Positions 21,081 through 30,548 of a stretch of 30,647 bases of DNA are shown one piece after another. The stretch is taken from IMG/VR virus record IMGVR_UViG_3300029675_000035; one strand, given 5' to 3'. This DNA is from a virus. The notes under the pieces are model-generated. The model was not told where the DNA came from. It was given only the letters and a program-made list of their open reading frames with translations, and ran no database searches. Position 1 is the stretch's first letter. Each line of letters begins with the position of its first letter. The position numbers and the translations under genes are program-made.

Positions 21081-21536
21081 ATGAACGATCCACACATCAT
21101 CCTCCCCTCCGCCCGCCTCGTCGCCGACCCGGAACAGAAACAATCCAAGAACGGCACCCCATACCTCCTCATCCGCGTAGCCGCCAACGGCAGCCACAAA
21201 GACAAGCAAACCGGCCAATGGGTAGACCACGACACCATGTTCGCCACCATCTTCGAATACGACCAGAGACTCGCGGCCACATACCTCCAGGAACTCCACA
21301 AAGGCACCCCAGTACGCGTCGAAGGCGACCTGAAATGGTCTGCCGGCACCGACCGTAACGGACAGCCACGCACCGACTTCACCATCAACTACGCGACCAT
21401 CAGCCTAGTCCTAAAGAAAGCCAGGGCACAGCAGCCCACCCCACAGCAGCCCACCCCACAGCAGCAGGCCGCCAACTGGGAAAACACCAACCAGTCCGAC
21501 CCGTACGCACAGTTCCCAGCCGTCAACGAATGGTAA
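21081..21536 (+). CDS. ssb: Single-stranded DNA-binding protein
   Basis: N-terminal OB-fold pattern (ARLVADPEQKQSKNGTPYLLIRVAAN...VRVEGDLKW). Gln/Pro-rich linker with a duplicated QQPTP (15-bp tandem). The tail FPAVNEW is non-canonical. Confidence 0.75.
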   Translation: MNDPHIILPSARLVADPEQKQSKNGTPYLLIRVAANGSHKDKQTGQWVDHDTMFATIFEYDQRLAATYLQELHKGTPVRVEGDLKWSAGTDRNGQPRTDFTINYATISLVLKKARAQQPTPQQPTPQQQAANWENTNQSDPYAQFPAVNEW

Positions 21537-21551
21537 AATAGAAAGAACGAC

Positions 21552-21689
21552 ATGAACAAGCAACATACCCCAATCAGTTACAAAATAGGAAAAACCCTCG
21601 CCTACCTCCTCATCGCCATCACGGCCATCCTCCTCATAACAGGCAGCATCGCACTACTGAAACTCCTCATCGGTTTCATCCTCGCCTGA
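21552..21689 (+). CDS. Small membrane protein (45 aa); not in the ORF track
   Basis: Hand translation: MNKQHTPISYKIGKTLAYLLIAITAILLITGSIALLKLLIGFILA*. RBS GAAAGAA. Followed by a terminator. Confidence 0.5.
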   Translation: MNKQHTPISYKIGKTLAYLLIAITAILLITGSIALLKLLIGFILA

Positions 21690-21693
21690 CCAC

Positions 21694-21722
21694 AGCCCCC
21701 ACCCTCAACGTGGGGGCTTTTC
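21694..21722 (+). terminator. Intrinsic terminator between the early-right operon and the packaging genes
   Basis: AGCCCCCA-9 nt-TGGGGGCT followed by TTTT. Confidence 0.6.
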
Positions 21723-21724
21723 CC

Positions 21725-22135
21725 ATGCCTGCTAAAATAGGCAATATGACAGAAGTAGTAAGAGACCACCGCGGCCGAATCATCAGCGGAGCATGCAATC
21801 CAACAGGCAAAGGCGGATTCCAAGAACGCCCACAGGACCGAGGCTCCTGGACCAAAGACACCAGCCCCACCCGCTGGATCCGCGAATTCAGCAAGCTCAC
21901 CGCCGAAGAATTCAACGAAAAAATAAAAGACCCAAACCTCACCATGGTCCAGAAAATCGCTATCAAACACATTCTCAACGCCTCCAAGGACCCCAAAGTC
22001 GCAGCCGACTATATCGACCGACTCGACGGCAAGGCCCGCCAATCCACCGACGTAAACGTCACCGGATACGAACCGCCGAACATCACCCTCGAAGTCTTCG
22101 ACGACAACCCCACAAACACCAAAGACACCCAGTAA
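21725..22135 (+). CDS. terS: Terminase small subunit
   Basis: ...NPTGKGGFQERPQDRGSWTKD...TMVQKIAIKHILNASKDPKVAADYIDRLDGKARQS resembles Gram-positive phage TerS. It lies immediately upstream of terL. The start is uncertain (ATG 21725 or 21746); the 21710 start falls inside the terminator stem. Confidence 0.7.
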   Translation: MPAKIGNMTEVVRDHRGRIISGACNPTGKGGFQERPQDRGSWTKDTSPTRWIREFSKLTAEEFNEKIKDPNLTMVQKIAIKHILNASKDPKVAADYIDRLDGKARQSTDVNVTGYEPPNITLEVFDDNPTNTKDTQ

Positions 22136-22154
22136 AAACGCATAGACTGGACCA

Positions 22155-23414
22155 ATGCAGATAGCAAGACCATACCGAGACCTATGGTGGTGGCTCCACA
22201 CGGAGACGCCACCATATCGTTATTACTGCTATTCCGGAGGCCGAGCCTCAGGCAAAAGCACCGCCGTCGCGCAAAGCCTCATCCTCCGAGCCTCCGTACA
22301 GCCAATCACCGTCCTCTGCGCCCGAGAATTCCAGAACTCCATCACCGACTCCGTCTACAAACTACTCACCGGAACCATCGAAAAATTCAGGCTGCAAGGC
22401 TTCGAAATACGACGCGACGGCATCAGCCACATCAACGGCAGCAACTTCATCTTCCGAGGCCTCCACGACAACCTCCAATCCATCAAAAGCATCGAAGGCA
22501 TCGACGTCTGCTGGGTCGAAGAAGCACAAACCATCAGCAAAACAAGCCTGACAACGCTCATCCCAACCATCAGACGACCCGACTCGACCCTGATCTTCAC
22601 CTGGAACCCCCTCACCAGTCACGATCCGATCTGGACATATTTCATCACCACGGATTCAGAAGAACGACTCCGCCAAACATGCCACTGGCATACCACCTTC
22701 AACGACGTACGACGACTCCTCAGCCAAGACGTCCTCGACATGATCGAAGCCGACAAACAAACAGCCGACTACGGACACATCTGGCTCGGCCTCCCATACG
22801 CCGACACCGACAACCAGCTCATCAGCGACACCATGATCAACGAAGCCATCCAACGCACGCCAACCGACGGACCAACGACCTTCGGCGTCGACGTCGCACG
22901 ATACGGCAACGACCGCACCGCCCTCACCATCAAAAAAGGCAACCGGATCGAAACACTCGAATCATGGACCCACGCAAGCATCGTCGACACGGCCGACCGA
23001 ATCAGACTACACGCCTCCCAACACCAGCCAATCGACATCCGCGTCGACGACACAGGCGTAGGAGGCGGCCTCACCGACCTACTCAAAACATGGGGACTGC
23101 CAGTAACCGGCATCAACTACGCCGGCAAAGCCAAAGACCAGCAATACCCCAACATCGCGTCCGAACTATGGTTCGACTTCGCCACCATGCTCCCACAACT
23201 CAGCATCAACCCCCAACTCGCCGACCTCCCCAAACTCACCACCGAACTAACCACACGCAAATGGCACATAACCAGCCGCAACCAACGGCAAATAGAAAGC
23301 AAACAAGACTACAAAGACACCATGAACCTCGGAAGCCCAGACCTCGCCGACAGCCTGCTACTCGCCTGCTACGAGCCACCAAAACTCCCCTCATGGGACG
23401 TCGCAGTATGCTAA
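22155..23414 (+). CDS. terL: Terminase large subunit
   Basis: Walker A GGRASGKS, Walker B-like DVCWVEEA, and a C-terminal nuclease region (GVDVARYGNDRTAL...DDTGVGGG). Confidence 0.9.
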   Translation: MQIARPYRDLWWWLHTETPPYRYYCYSGGRASGKSTAVAQSLILRASVQPITVLCAREFQNSITDSVYKLLTGTIEKFRLQGFEIRRDGISHINGSNFIFRGLHDNLQSIKSIEGIDVCWVEEAQTISKTSLTTLIPTIRRPDSTLIFTWNPLTSHDPIWTYFITTDSEERLRQTCHWHTTFNDVRRLLSQDVLDMIEADKQTADYGHIWLGLPYADTDNQLISDTMINEAIQRTPTDGPTTFGVDVARYGNDRTALTIKKGNRIETLESWTHASIVDTADRIRLHASQHQPIDIRVDDTGVGGGLTDLLKTWGLPVTGINYAGKAKDQQYPNIASELWFDFATMLPQLSINPQLADLPKLTTELTTRKWHITSRNQRQIESKQDYKDTMNLGSPDLADSLLLACYEPPKLPSWDVAVC

Positions 23415-23473
23415 CCAACATCCACTGCGATAAACTATGAAACATACAACATACCACTCCAAAACGAGGTAAA

Positions 23474-25567
23474 ATGACCCTTCTCAACAACATTCGTGCG
23501 GGATTCACAAGCGCCTTCGGCCGTACCAACGCCCCCCACACCAGCCCCACCCCAGCAGGCGGCAACACATGGCAGCCAATAAGCGGCAACACCATCCCCA
23601 TGCACGACAGCTACGACAACATCTTCCCCTACGTCAACGCCATTGCACAACGCTTCAGCACAGTAATCCCCTACGCCGTCACCACAGACGGCAGGAAAAT
23701 CAACCCCGCCCCCGCCGCGTTAAACGCACTATACGCACCAAACGACACCTACAGCTGCCTCGAATTCCTCAAACTCATCGCCTCCGGCATCCTCACCCAA
23801 TCCCACATCGACATCCTCGTCTGGACCACAGAAGGCCCCGGCGGCAACATCACAGCCGACAACATCACCGGCTACACCATCCTCCCCACAAACAGCCGCG
23901 TATACAACGACAGCCGCAGCGACTGGTACCACCGCGTAACCATGGACCTCGGCGACGGCACCCGCCCATACGAATTCACCCGCGACGAAACCATCTCACT
24001 AAGCTACAGCCGCCACCCAAACGACCTAACCCAAGGCATCAGCCCAGCAATGACCATCAAAAAATGGGCCAACGTCGACGACATGATCGCCGACTACGAA
24101 CGCGGCTTCTTCGGCAACAACGCAGTACCCGCCGGCATGCTCGGCATCGTCTCCGAAAACGCCGAAGACTTCCAACGCAACCGCACACGCCTCGAAGAAA
24201 CCTTCCGCGGAGCCGGCAACAACAACGGCATCGTCTACAACATGGTGCCCGTCGACCCGACGACCCACAAGCCAAGCCAAACCAGCAAACTCGTCTGGGT
24301 CCCATTCCAGAACTCCAACGACACACTAGACCTCGACACCGTATCCAACGTAGTCAACAACCGCCTAGCCAACGCGCTCGCCGTCCCCGACATCGTCCGC
24401 GGCATCGACAACGGCCAAACCTACGCCAACGCCGAAATGGCCGAACGCTCCTTCATCGAAAACACCCTCAAACCCCTCTGCATGACCGTATGGGACAAAT
24501 GGCAGTTCGAACTCGACCGCGTCACCGGAGGGCTCGGCTACGGCATCACCTTCGACCTCGACCTACCAGCCCAGACCGAAGTCGAGAAAGCACAAGCTGA
24601 AACCCAACAGATCCGCGTCAACAGCCTCATCCAACTCGTCAACATGGGAGCCACAGTCGAAAGCGCAGTCGAAGCATTAGGACTCCCCGAACCCTACAAG
24701 CGACTCAACCTCCACCAGGCCGACACAACCCAACTCCCCAACCTCCCCTCAAAAAGAAACATCACGAAAGCCACCAAAAAAACAGACGACATGACAACCG
24801 AAACCCAAATACTGCCAGCAACCCGCACATACGTCGACAGAATCATCCGACTCACCCGACGCACCCAAAACGGGCTCAAAGACGACCTCGAAACAATCAG
24901 CCACCAATGGGTCAACGACGTAGAAGACACCCTCATCTCCCACCTCACCGATTACGCCCACAAAACCGGCATGAAACTCGAACAGGTCATCGTCGCATGG
25001 GCTGAAATCCACCCCGAAAACCCCATCGCCATCGACATCCAGTCCTACACGACCACCGACTGGCAGAAACTCTACGACTGGACCCAACTCCCATCAAACG
25101 TGAAGACCGCATACCTCAACCACCTGGAAACAATCGCCAACACATCCTCCAAGACCATCACCACGAAAACCCTCGACCTCCTCGCCAGGGCCGACACGGA
25201 ACAGTGGGACGCACACCGACTACGCGACGAACTAACCCAGTTCGGCAACGAACACGCCGAACTCATCGCCCGCTGCGAAACCGTCCAAGCCCAAAGGCTC
25301 GGAAGCCTGTACAGCGCCCGTAACCTCAGCGAAACATTAGGAGTCAGACTACAGAAAGTATGGCGCACCACCGGAGACGGCAACACGTGCGACTTCTGCC
25401 AGCACATGGAAGGCACAACCATGCCACTCGACTCCGCCTACATGTCAAAAGACGCGGTGATCACCATCGGAGATCACTCCTACGCCAACAGTTTCGAAAC
25501 CATGAGCACGCCGAACGGCCACCCACGATGCCGCTGCTACGAAGACTACGAAGTCGTGGAAGACTAA
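23474..25567 (+). CDS. Portal and MuF-like (SPP1 gp7 / head-morphogenesis) fusion protein
   Basis: 697 aa. The N-terminal ~420 aa are portal-like and follow terL. The C-terminus ...WRTTGDGNTCDFCQHMEGTTMPLD...PNGHPRCRCY is the MuF/gp7 signature. Confidence 0.8.
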   Translation: MTLLNNIRAGFTSAFGRTNAPHTSPTPAGGNTWQPISGNTIPMHDSYDNIFPYVNAIAQRFSTVIPYAVTTDGRKINPAPAALNALYAPNDTYSCLEFLKLIASGILTQSHIDILVWTTEGPGGNITADNITGYTILPTNSRVYNDSRSDWYHRVTMDLGDGTRPYEFTRDETISLSYSRHPNDLTQGISPAMTIKKWANVDDMIADYERGFFGNNAVPAGMLGIVSENAEDFQRNRTRLEETFRGAGNNNGIVYNMVPVDPTTHKPSQTSKLVWVPFQNSNDTLDLDTVSNVVNNRLANALAVPDIVRGIDNGQTYANAEMAERSFIENTLKPLCMTVWDKWQFELDRVTGGLGYGITFDLDLPAQTEVEKAQAETQQIRVNSLIQLVNMGATVESAVEALGLPEPYKRLNLHQADTTQLPNLPSKRNITKATKKTDDMTTETQILPATRTYVDRIIRLTRRTQNGLKDDLETISHQWVNDVEDTLISHLTDYAHKTGMKLEQVIVAWAEIHPENPIAIDIQSYTTTDWQKLYDWTQLPSNVKTAYLNHLETIANTSSKTITTKTLDLLARADTEQWDAHRLRDELTQFGNEHAELIARCETVQAQRLGSLYSARNLSETLGVRLQKVWRTTGDGNTCDFCQHMEGTTMPLDSAYMSKDAVITIGDHSYANSFETMSTPNGHPRCRCYEDYEVVED

Positions 25568-25663
25568 CCAGCCGCACCAATTACCGTGGTATCATTGTGT
25601 TCGTCAGTACATCAACCACTGGTGTCACTGACGAGCACCACTGCCCCAATCCGGAAGGATGAT

Positions 25664-27469
25664 ATGAAGATTCGCGAGAGTCTCACTCACGGCGGTGCCG
25701 CTGAAACCGAAGGCCGAACCCTCACATTCCTCGCCAACAGCGGTAAGAAAATGAGCAACGGCCTCACCGTGGATCTAGCCACACTCAAAGCGCCACTCAT
25801 CGACGGCACATTGAAACTCGTGGACGAGCTCACGGAATCAGACCAACTAACGCTCCCCCTTCTAATCGACCACGAGCCCAGCATCGAAGCACAGGCAGGC
25901 ACCATCACCCGCCTGTGGATCACCGACGCCGGACTCATGGCCGAAGCGAAGCTCAGCGAAGTCGACAACGGCGAGCGCGTCCGACGACTCGCCTCAGACG
26001 GATGCCTGACCAACAGTTTCAGTATCACCGTCGAATTCCCCGAACGGCCCAACAAGGACGGCATCATCCACAACAGCGAACTGGTCGAAATCAGCGTCGT
26101 CTACCGTGGAGCCGACCCGAAAGCAGCCTTCACATCAATCAACCAAAGAAATGGAGATAACATGAACCCGAACCTCATGAACAAGGTGGCACGCACCGTC
26201 GCCGAGTTCAAGCTCACCCCGGACGAAGCCGACAACCTGACCTCGTCCATCACCGACATCATGCAGGACGCCGTCGAAGACCTCACCGAAGCAGTCGGCA
26301 CCCAGACCGACACCAACGAACCCGCAGCGACCACCGCCCCGGAGGAACCGGTACAGTCCGCCAACAAGCGTCCGCTCGTCATCATCAACAAGAACAACCG
26401 TACGGCCAAGCAGTCCGGTGTCGCTTCCTTCTCCCACTCCCGTGAAACGTGGCTTGACTCCCCGGACGCCATGGCCGCCTTCGAACGTACCCTCATCGAT
26501 AACGACAACAAGGGCGTGGAAGCCTTCCACAAGGAATGGGCCGACACCGTGTCCCGTAACATGGCCGACACCGCGTCCTTCGGCGTAGCCAAGACCGACG
26601 TGGACAAGTTCATCCCGACCGAAGCCATCACCACCATCAGCGACGCATTGAACACGCGCGGCTCCGGCCTGTGGAACCTGTTCCGTAAAACCGGCATGGA
26701 CAGGCTCACCATCGGCGGTAACATCCTCGGCCTGTCCGAAGCGACCCGCGCCCACGGTTATCCGGTCGACTCTTACGGCACCAAGAAGAAGGAACAGACC
26801 CCGTCCTTTGTGAAGCGTGAACTGACCGCCGACTACACGTACAAGTACATCACCCTGAACAAGGGCGATATCCGTCGTACGCAGAAGCCGGGGGTACTGC
26901 TCCGCTATATCCTCTCCGAACTGCCGAACTACATCATCCAGACCATCGAACGTCAGGCCGTGCTCGGCGGCTACGAAGACATGGCACACTTCCGCTCCGT
27001 CACCACCGACGCGGCCGACACCAAGTCGGACTGGGCCGGCAACAAGTTCGCCCTCTCCTACACGCTCACCGAAGACACGCCGCTCATGGGCTTCGTGAAG
27101 GCTTCCCACATGGTCCGCGCGCAGGGCAACAAGGTCCTCATCTGCAATGCGGACACGGTCGCCGACCTCCTCATGAGCGCCAACGCGAACGGTAACACGT
27201 ACATCGCCCTCGGCGGTGACGATACCCTCGCCCGCGCTCTCGGCGTCTCCCAGATCATCACCCCGGAATGGTGGACTGCGGAAGACGACAAGAACGTCGC
27301 CGGCGTCGTCATGAGCGCATCCCACTATGCGCTCGTCGGCGACACTTCCGTCGAATCGTTCACGAACTTCGCTCTCCAGACCAACACCAACGAATACCTG
27401 CAGGAAATCTATGCTGGTGGCGGTTTGGACGCTGAGAAGTCCGCAGTGGTCATCAAGCCGAGGGCCTGA
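25664..27469 (+). CDS. Prohead protease (HK97/U35-like), scaffold and major capsid fusion protein
   Basis: ATG at 25664 follows GGAAGGA. N-terminal protease-like pattern (PLLIDHEPS...[19 protein letters not shown]...SFSITVEF...[14 protein letters not shown]), then an acidic helical linker and a ~330-aa HK97-fold-like C-terminus. Confidence 0.75.
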   Translation: MKIRESLTHGGAAETEGRTLTFLANSGKKMSNGLTVDLATLKAPLIDGTLKLVDELTESDQLTLPLLIDHEPSIEAQAGTITRLWITDAGLMAEAKLSEVDNGERVRRLASDGCLTNSFSITVEFPERPNKDGIIHNSELVEISVVYRGADPKAAFTSINQRNGDNMNPNLMNKVARTVAEFKLTPDEADNLTSSITDIMQDAVEDLTEAVGTQTDTNEPAATTAPEEPVQSANKRPLVIINKNNRTAKQSGVASFSHSRETWLDSPDAMAAFERTLIDNDNKGVEAFHKEWADTVSRNMADTASFGVAKTDVDKFIPTEAITTISDALNTRGSGLWNLFRKTGMDRLTIGGNILGLSEATRAHGYPVDSYGTKKKEQTPSFVKRELTADYTYKYITLNKGDIRRTQKPGVLLRYILSELPNYIIQTIERQAVLGGYEDMAHFRSVTTDAADTKSDWAGNKFALSYTLTEDTPLMGFVKASHMVRAQGNKVLICNADTVADLLMSANANGNTYIALGGDDTLARALGVSQIITPEWWTAEDDKNVAGVVMSASHYALVGDTSVESFTNFALQTNTNEYLQEIYAGGGLDAEKSAVVIKPRA

Positions 27470-27471
27470 TC

Positions 27472-27822
27472 ATGAACGCTGAAATGTACTCTCGAATCGG
27501 CGGCAAGGCGCTGCCTGAAGACAATCTGAACACGGTTAAGGTCATCAACTTCGTGGACGAGGAAGGTCAGCCGGTGGCCTTCGGCCAGGGCGCTCAGGGT
27601 CCGGCGGGTCCTGCTGGTCCGCAGGGCGAAACAGGCGCTCGGGGTCCGGCGGGTCCTGCTGGTCCGCAGGGCGAAACAGGCGCTCAGGGTCCGGCGGGTC
27701 CTGCTGGTCCGCAGGGCCCGGCCGCCACGATCACCAAAGCCGCCCACGTCGACCCGGCCAGTGGCACGGTAGCAGAAGTAGTAAACGCTCTGATCGCCGC
27801 TGGACTAATGGAATCCGCCTGA
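27472..27822 (+). CDS. Collagen-like (G-X-Y)15 repeat protein, probable capsid decoration or fibre
   Basis: 116 aa with an uninterrupted run [45 protein letters not shown]. The start overlaps the capsid stop region (tgatcATG). Confidence 0.8.
   Translation: MNAEMYSRIGGKALPEDNLNTVKVINFVDEEGQPVAFGQGAQGPAGPAGPQGETGARGPAGPAGPQGETGAQGPAGPAGPQGPAATITKAAHVDPASGTVAEVVNALIAAGLMESA
27589..27717 (+). repeat. Near-perfect 45-bp tandem repeat (~2.9 units) encoding the collagen-like tract
   Basis: Units at 27598-27642 and 27643-27687 differ at one base (cgg vs cag). A partial unit at 27688-27717 is identical, and a leading ggcgctcag lies at 27589-27597. Confidence 0.9.
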
Positions 27823-27841
27823 CAGCCAGCCAGTAAACAAT

Positions 27842-27882
27842 TAGGTCCTATCGTTACAATTGACGGTAGGACCTATTCATTT
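27842..27882 (+). terminator. Hairpin/attenuator after the capsid and collagen genes
   Basis: 13-bp stem 27842-27854 / 27863-27875, including one G.U that pairs only in plus-sense RNA, followed by ttcattt. Confidence 0.5.
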
Positions 27883-27895
27883 ACCCGGAGGAAAA

Positions 27896-28549
27896 ATGAT
27901 AATCGACGACACCATACGCGACAAAGTCGGCGAAACCGCCTACACGACATGGAAAGACGCCGCACTCGCCGACCTAGCCAACATACTCTGCATGGACACA
28001 TTCGAACAACTCACAACCAACATGACAGGTACCGTCAGTGACGACGGCATGCATATCCACCTACCATCATGGTATTCAGAAATGTGGTCGATCACACCAA
28101 TGAACGGTCCCCTCATCGGCTACGACGTCATCTACGACAAAGACGACGGACTAACACCAGCCACCAAATACTCAAACACTGTAACCCTTTACGAAACATA
28201 CCCAGCCGGCACAAAATTCCTCATCAACGGCAGACACGGCTTCGCAAAACTCCCGGCCCCACTCACCAACATACTCGCCGCCATCATCCAAACCGACCAG
28301 TCGATAGCCGACCAAACAGACCGTATCACCTCCAAGAAAATCGAAGACGTGAGCGTCACCTACGCCACCAGCACGCAAACCCCCCTCGAACACGCCCTCG
28401 CCCCATACAAAACACTAATAGACTCCTGGAGCGTTTGCCCAATCAAACCCAACGCAGGAGGAATCCTCAGCATGCCAACCACCCACCACGACCTACCATG
28501 GTGGATGAACGAACAAGACCTAGGAGCAACCAACTATGCCATCCTGTAA
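27896..28549 (+). CDS. Head-tail connector/adaptor protein
   Basis: ATG at 27896 follows GGAGG. The 217-aa protein is the first gene after the capsid module. The call is synteny-based. Confidence 0.55.
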   Translation: MIIDDTIRDKVGETAYTTWKDAALADLANILCMDTFEQLTTNMTGTVSDDGMHIHLPSWYSEMWSITPMNGPLIGYDVIYDKDDGLTPATKYSNTVTLYETYPAGTKFLINGRHGFAKLPAPLTNILAAIIQTDQSIADQTDRITSKKIEDVSVTYATSTQTPLEHALAPYKTLIDSWSVCPIKPNAGGILSMPTTHHDLPWWMNEQDLGATNYAIL

Positions 28550-28904
28550 CCCATTCAAACTATTCCCCAACCAAACCCAAACAGCCACCATCTGGAAATA
28601 CACAGCACCAGGCCTCGACAACATCAAACTCGCAGACCTACAAGTCATCATCAAACACACCACCGAAAGCGACCAACCAGCCGAATACGGCACCCGTATC
28701 GCCACCCGCCGCTTCCACATCCAACCCGACAACCTCCCAACAAACCTCCGCAACGACATGGAAGCATGGCCAGACCTCATACTCCAACTCAACAACGGAC
28801 GCACCTACCAAATCACCAAAGCCAGCCGAGGAGACGACATGGACACCGGCCTAACCCAATTCATCACCCTCACCGGCAACCCCTACGCAAGGACCAGCCT
28901 ATGA
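28536..28904 (+). CDS. Head closure / head-tail joining protein
   Basis: 122 aa. AGGAG lies 9 nt upstream. It overlaps both neighbouring genes (14 nt upstream; ATGA downstream). Confidence 0.5.
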   Translation: MPSCNPFKLFPNQTQTATIWKYTAPGLDNIKLADLQVIIKHTTESDQPAEYGTRIATRRFHIQPDNLPTNLRNDMEAWPDLILQLNNGRTYQITKASRGDDMDTGLTQFITLTGNPYARTSL

Positions 28905-29221
28905 GCTACCAACTCAAAACCAACGCCACATGGGCCCGCAAACTCTCCACCCAACAACTCAACAAAGGCGGAACACGAATGATGACCGACATCCTCCGCC
29001 TAGCCCGCCAAAACGCGCCAGTCAAAACCGGCGCACTACGCAACAGCGGCCGCTTCCAACAAGTCGGAAACACCCACTGGCAAATCACCTTCGGTAACAG
29101 TCGCGTACCCTACGCACGCATCCGCGAACACACCAACCGACTCCACCCCAACACCACCCGATACCTCGAAAGAGCCGCCCGCACCGCAAGCTCCCGCACC
29201 AAAACCTACTTCAACCTCTAA
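28901..29221 (+). CDS. HK97 gp10-like neck/tail-completion protein
   Basis: Start at MSYQLKT (ATGA overlap). ...ILRLARQNAPVKTGALRNSGRF...NSRVPYARIREH resembles the gp10 family pattern (P.dTG.L..S). The track ORF from 28766 is over-extended. Confidence 0.65.
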   Translation: MSYQLKTNATWARKLSTQQLNKGGTRMMTDILRLARQNAPVKTGALRNSGRFQQVGNTHWQITFGNSRVPYARIREHTNRLHPNTTRYLERAARTASSRTKTYFNL

Positions 29222-29230
29222 GGACACCCC

Positions 29231-29656
29231 ATGATAGACCTCGCAATATGCATGACCCTCCAAAACGAAGGATACGGCACCTACGGCCAAAACCTCTTCT
29301 TCGGCACCAGCCCCATCCTCGACACCGGCACCATCACCAACCAAGAAGGCATCTGGGTCAACGCAAACACCATCGACATCAACGGCGACCTCTACACCGA
29401 CCAAATCACCATCAGCAGCCGCCACAACGACGTCCTCACCCAAGGACGACTCATGCTCCAACTACTCAACCTCATCAACAACAAACTCCCCCACTACTGC
29501 CAACTCACCTGCCAGCCAATCACCAACATCACCTACGAAAGCATCCGCACCCACCCAGCCACAGCAATAGACCTAGACGCCATCGACCACGAAGGCCACT
29601 GGATAAAAAGCATCCGCTTCCAAATCGACTACAAACTCAACCCCACCACACTGTAA
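29231..29656 (+). CDS. Tail terminator-like protein
   Basis: 141 aa, immediately upstream of the major tail protein. The call is synteny-based. Confidence 0.5.
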   Translation: MIDLAICMTLQNEGYGTYGQNLFFGTSPILDTGTITNQEGIWVNANTIDINGDLYTDQITISSRHNDVLTQGRLMLQLLNLINNKLPHYCQLTCQPITNITYESIRTHPATAIDLDAIDHEGHWIKSIRFQIDYKLNPTTL

Positions 29657-29709
29657 AATAAAAACGGCATAACACACCAAGACAAAAAACGCCAACCGAA
29701 AGGAAAAAA

Positions 29710-30534
29710 ATGGCATCCTACCCAATCATCGGCAAGAAAACCGTCTACATCGACGACATGATCATCCCACCCGACTACATCCAAGACGAAGTCGGCACCA
29801 TCACCCTCACCCCCAGCACCACCGAAATCGCCAGCCAGTCAGGCACCATCAAAGTACCAAACGGCAGCTACGACGAAATGAGCTTCGAACTCAACATCAT
29901 CTGCCCAAGCGTACGCTTCCTCGGCATGCTATTCCCCGAACTCTACCACAACGCAAAATTCAAACGCGTCATCAGCGGAAACACCAGCGAAACCGGCCAA
30001 GTCCGATTCGGCGGCAACGAATGCGTCAGCAACACGCCACGCGACATCATCATCCACAACGTGTGCGACGGCCAATCCAGCGCACAAGACTTCCGCATCC
30101 CACAAGCCCTCATCAGCGCAGGCGGCGAATTCAAAATCAGCCTCAGCGACCCCTTCGTCGTAACCCTCAACGGCACCATGACCACCAGCCCAGAAGGCGC
30201 AGTAGTCATGGGCGAACTCAACCTCGACACGCCAAGCTACTACGATGAAACCACCGGCACGATCAAAACAGCAGAAAGTTCAATCACTGAACTAAACGCC
30301 ACCCCAAACACCATCACCGGCAAAGTCAACGACACGATGAAAATCAACGTGACCGCCATGCCGAACGGCTCCACCGGTAACATCACCGCCACCATCACCG
30401 AGACAGGCCTAGCCGACGCAGTCGACAATGGCGACGGCACATGGACGATCACCCTGAAACAGGAAGGCACTGGCACCATCACCTTCAAGAGCGGTGCCGT
30501 GAAGACCGTCGTCAACGTTAACGTGACAGCCTGA
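29710..30534 (+). CDS. Major tail protein with C-terminal Ig-like (Big_2-type) domain
   Basis: 274 aa. RBS AAAGGAAAAAAA. The C-terminus ITELNATPNTITGKVNDTMKINVTAMPNGSTGNITATITETGLADAVDNGDGTWTITLKQEGTGTITFKSGAVKTVVNVNV is Ig-like. It lies upstream of the chaperones. Confidence 0.75.
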   Translation: MASYPIIGKKTVYIDDMIIPPDYIQDEVGTITLTPSTTEIASQSGTIKVPNGSYDEMSFELNIICPSVRFLGMLFPELYHNAKFKRVISGNTSETGQVRFGGNECVSNTPRDIIIHNVCDGQSSAQDFRIPQALISAGGEFKISLSDPFVVTLNGTMTTSPEGAVVMGELNLDTPSYYDETTGTIKTAESSITELNATPNTITGKVNDTMKINVTAMPNGSTGNITATITETGLADAVDNGDGTWTITLKQEGTGTITFKSGAVKTVVNVNVTA

Positions 30535-30548
30535 ACCAACTAAGAAAG

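Noticed and set aside
21430-21470. A 15-bp tandem duplication (cagcagcccacccca x2) in ssb as a possible regulatory repeat.
   Set aside because: It lies in-frame inside the flexible Gln/Pro linker of SSB (QQPTPQQPTP). It is an ordinary low-complexity linker expansion, not a separate element.
22184-23440. A 418-aa ORF overlapping the entire terL gene in another frame. Similar long off-frame ORFs occur at 23569..24600, 28069..28854, 29248..29661, 30021..30248 and 21793..22164.
   Set aside because: The translations are Arg/Pro/His/Thr/Gln-rich low-complexity strings with no RBS. They arise because the plus strand is T-poor here, so stop codons, which all need T, are rare in every frame. Each overlaps a well-supported gene.
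26135-27325. A 396-aa antisense ORF opposite the capsid gene, and other antisense ORFs rich in Gly/Val/Asp (e.g. 11355..12242+, 14283..14963+, 21602..22201-).
   Set aside because: These are antisense shadows of real genes. They have no RBS, and their G/V/D/E/F-rich composition is typical of the reverse complement of C/A-rich coding sequence.
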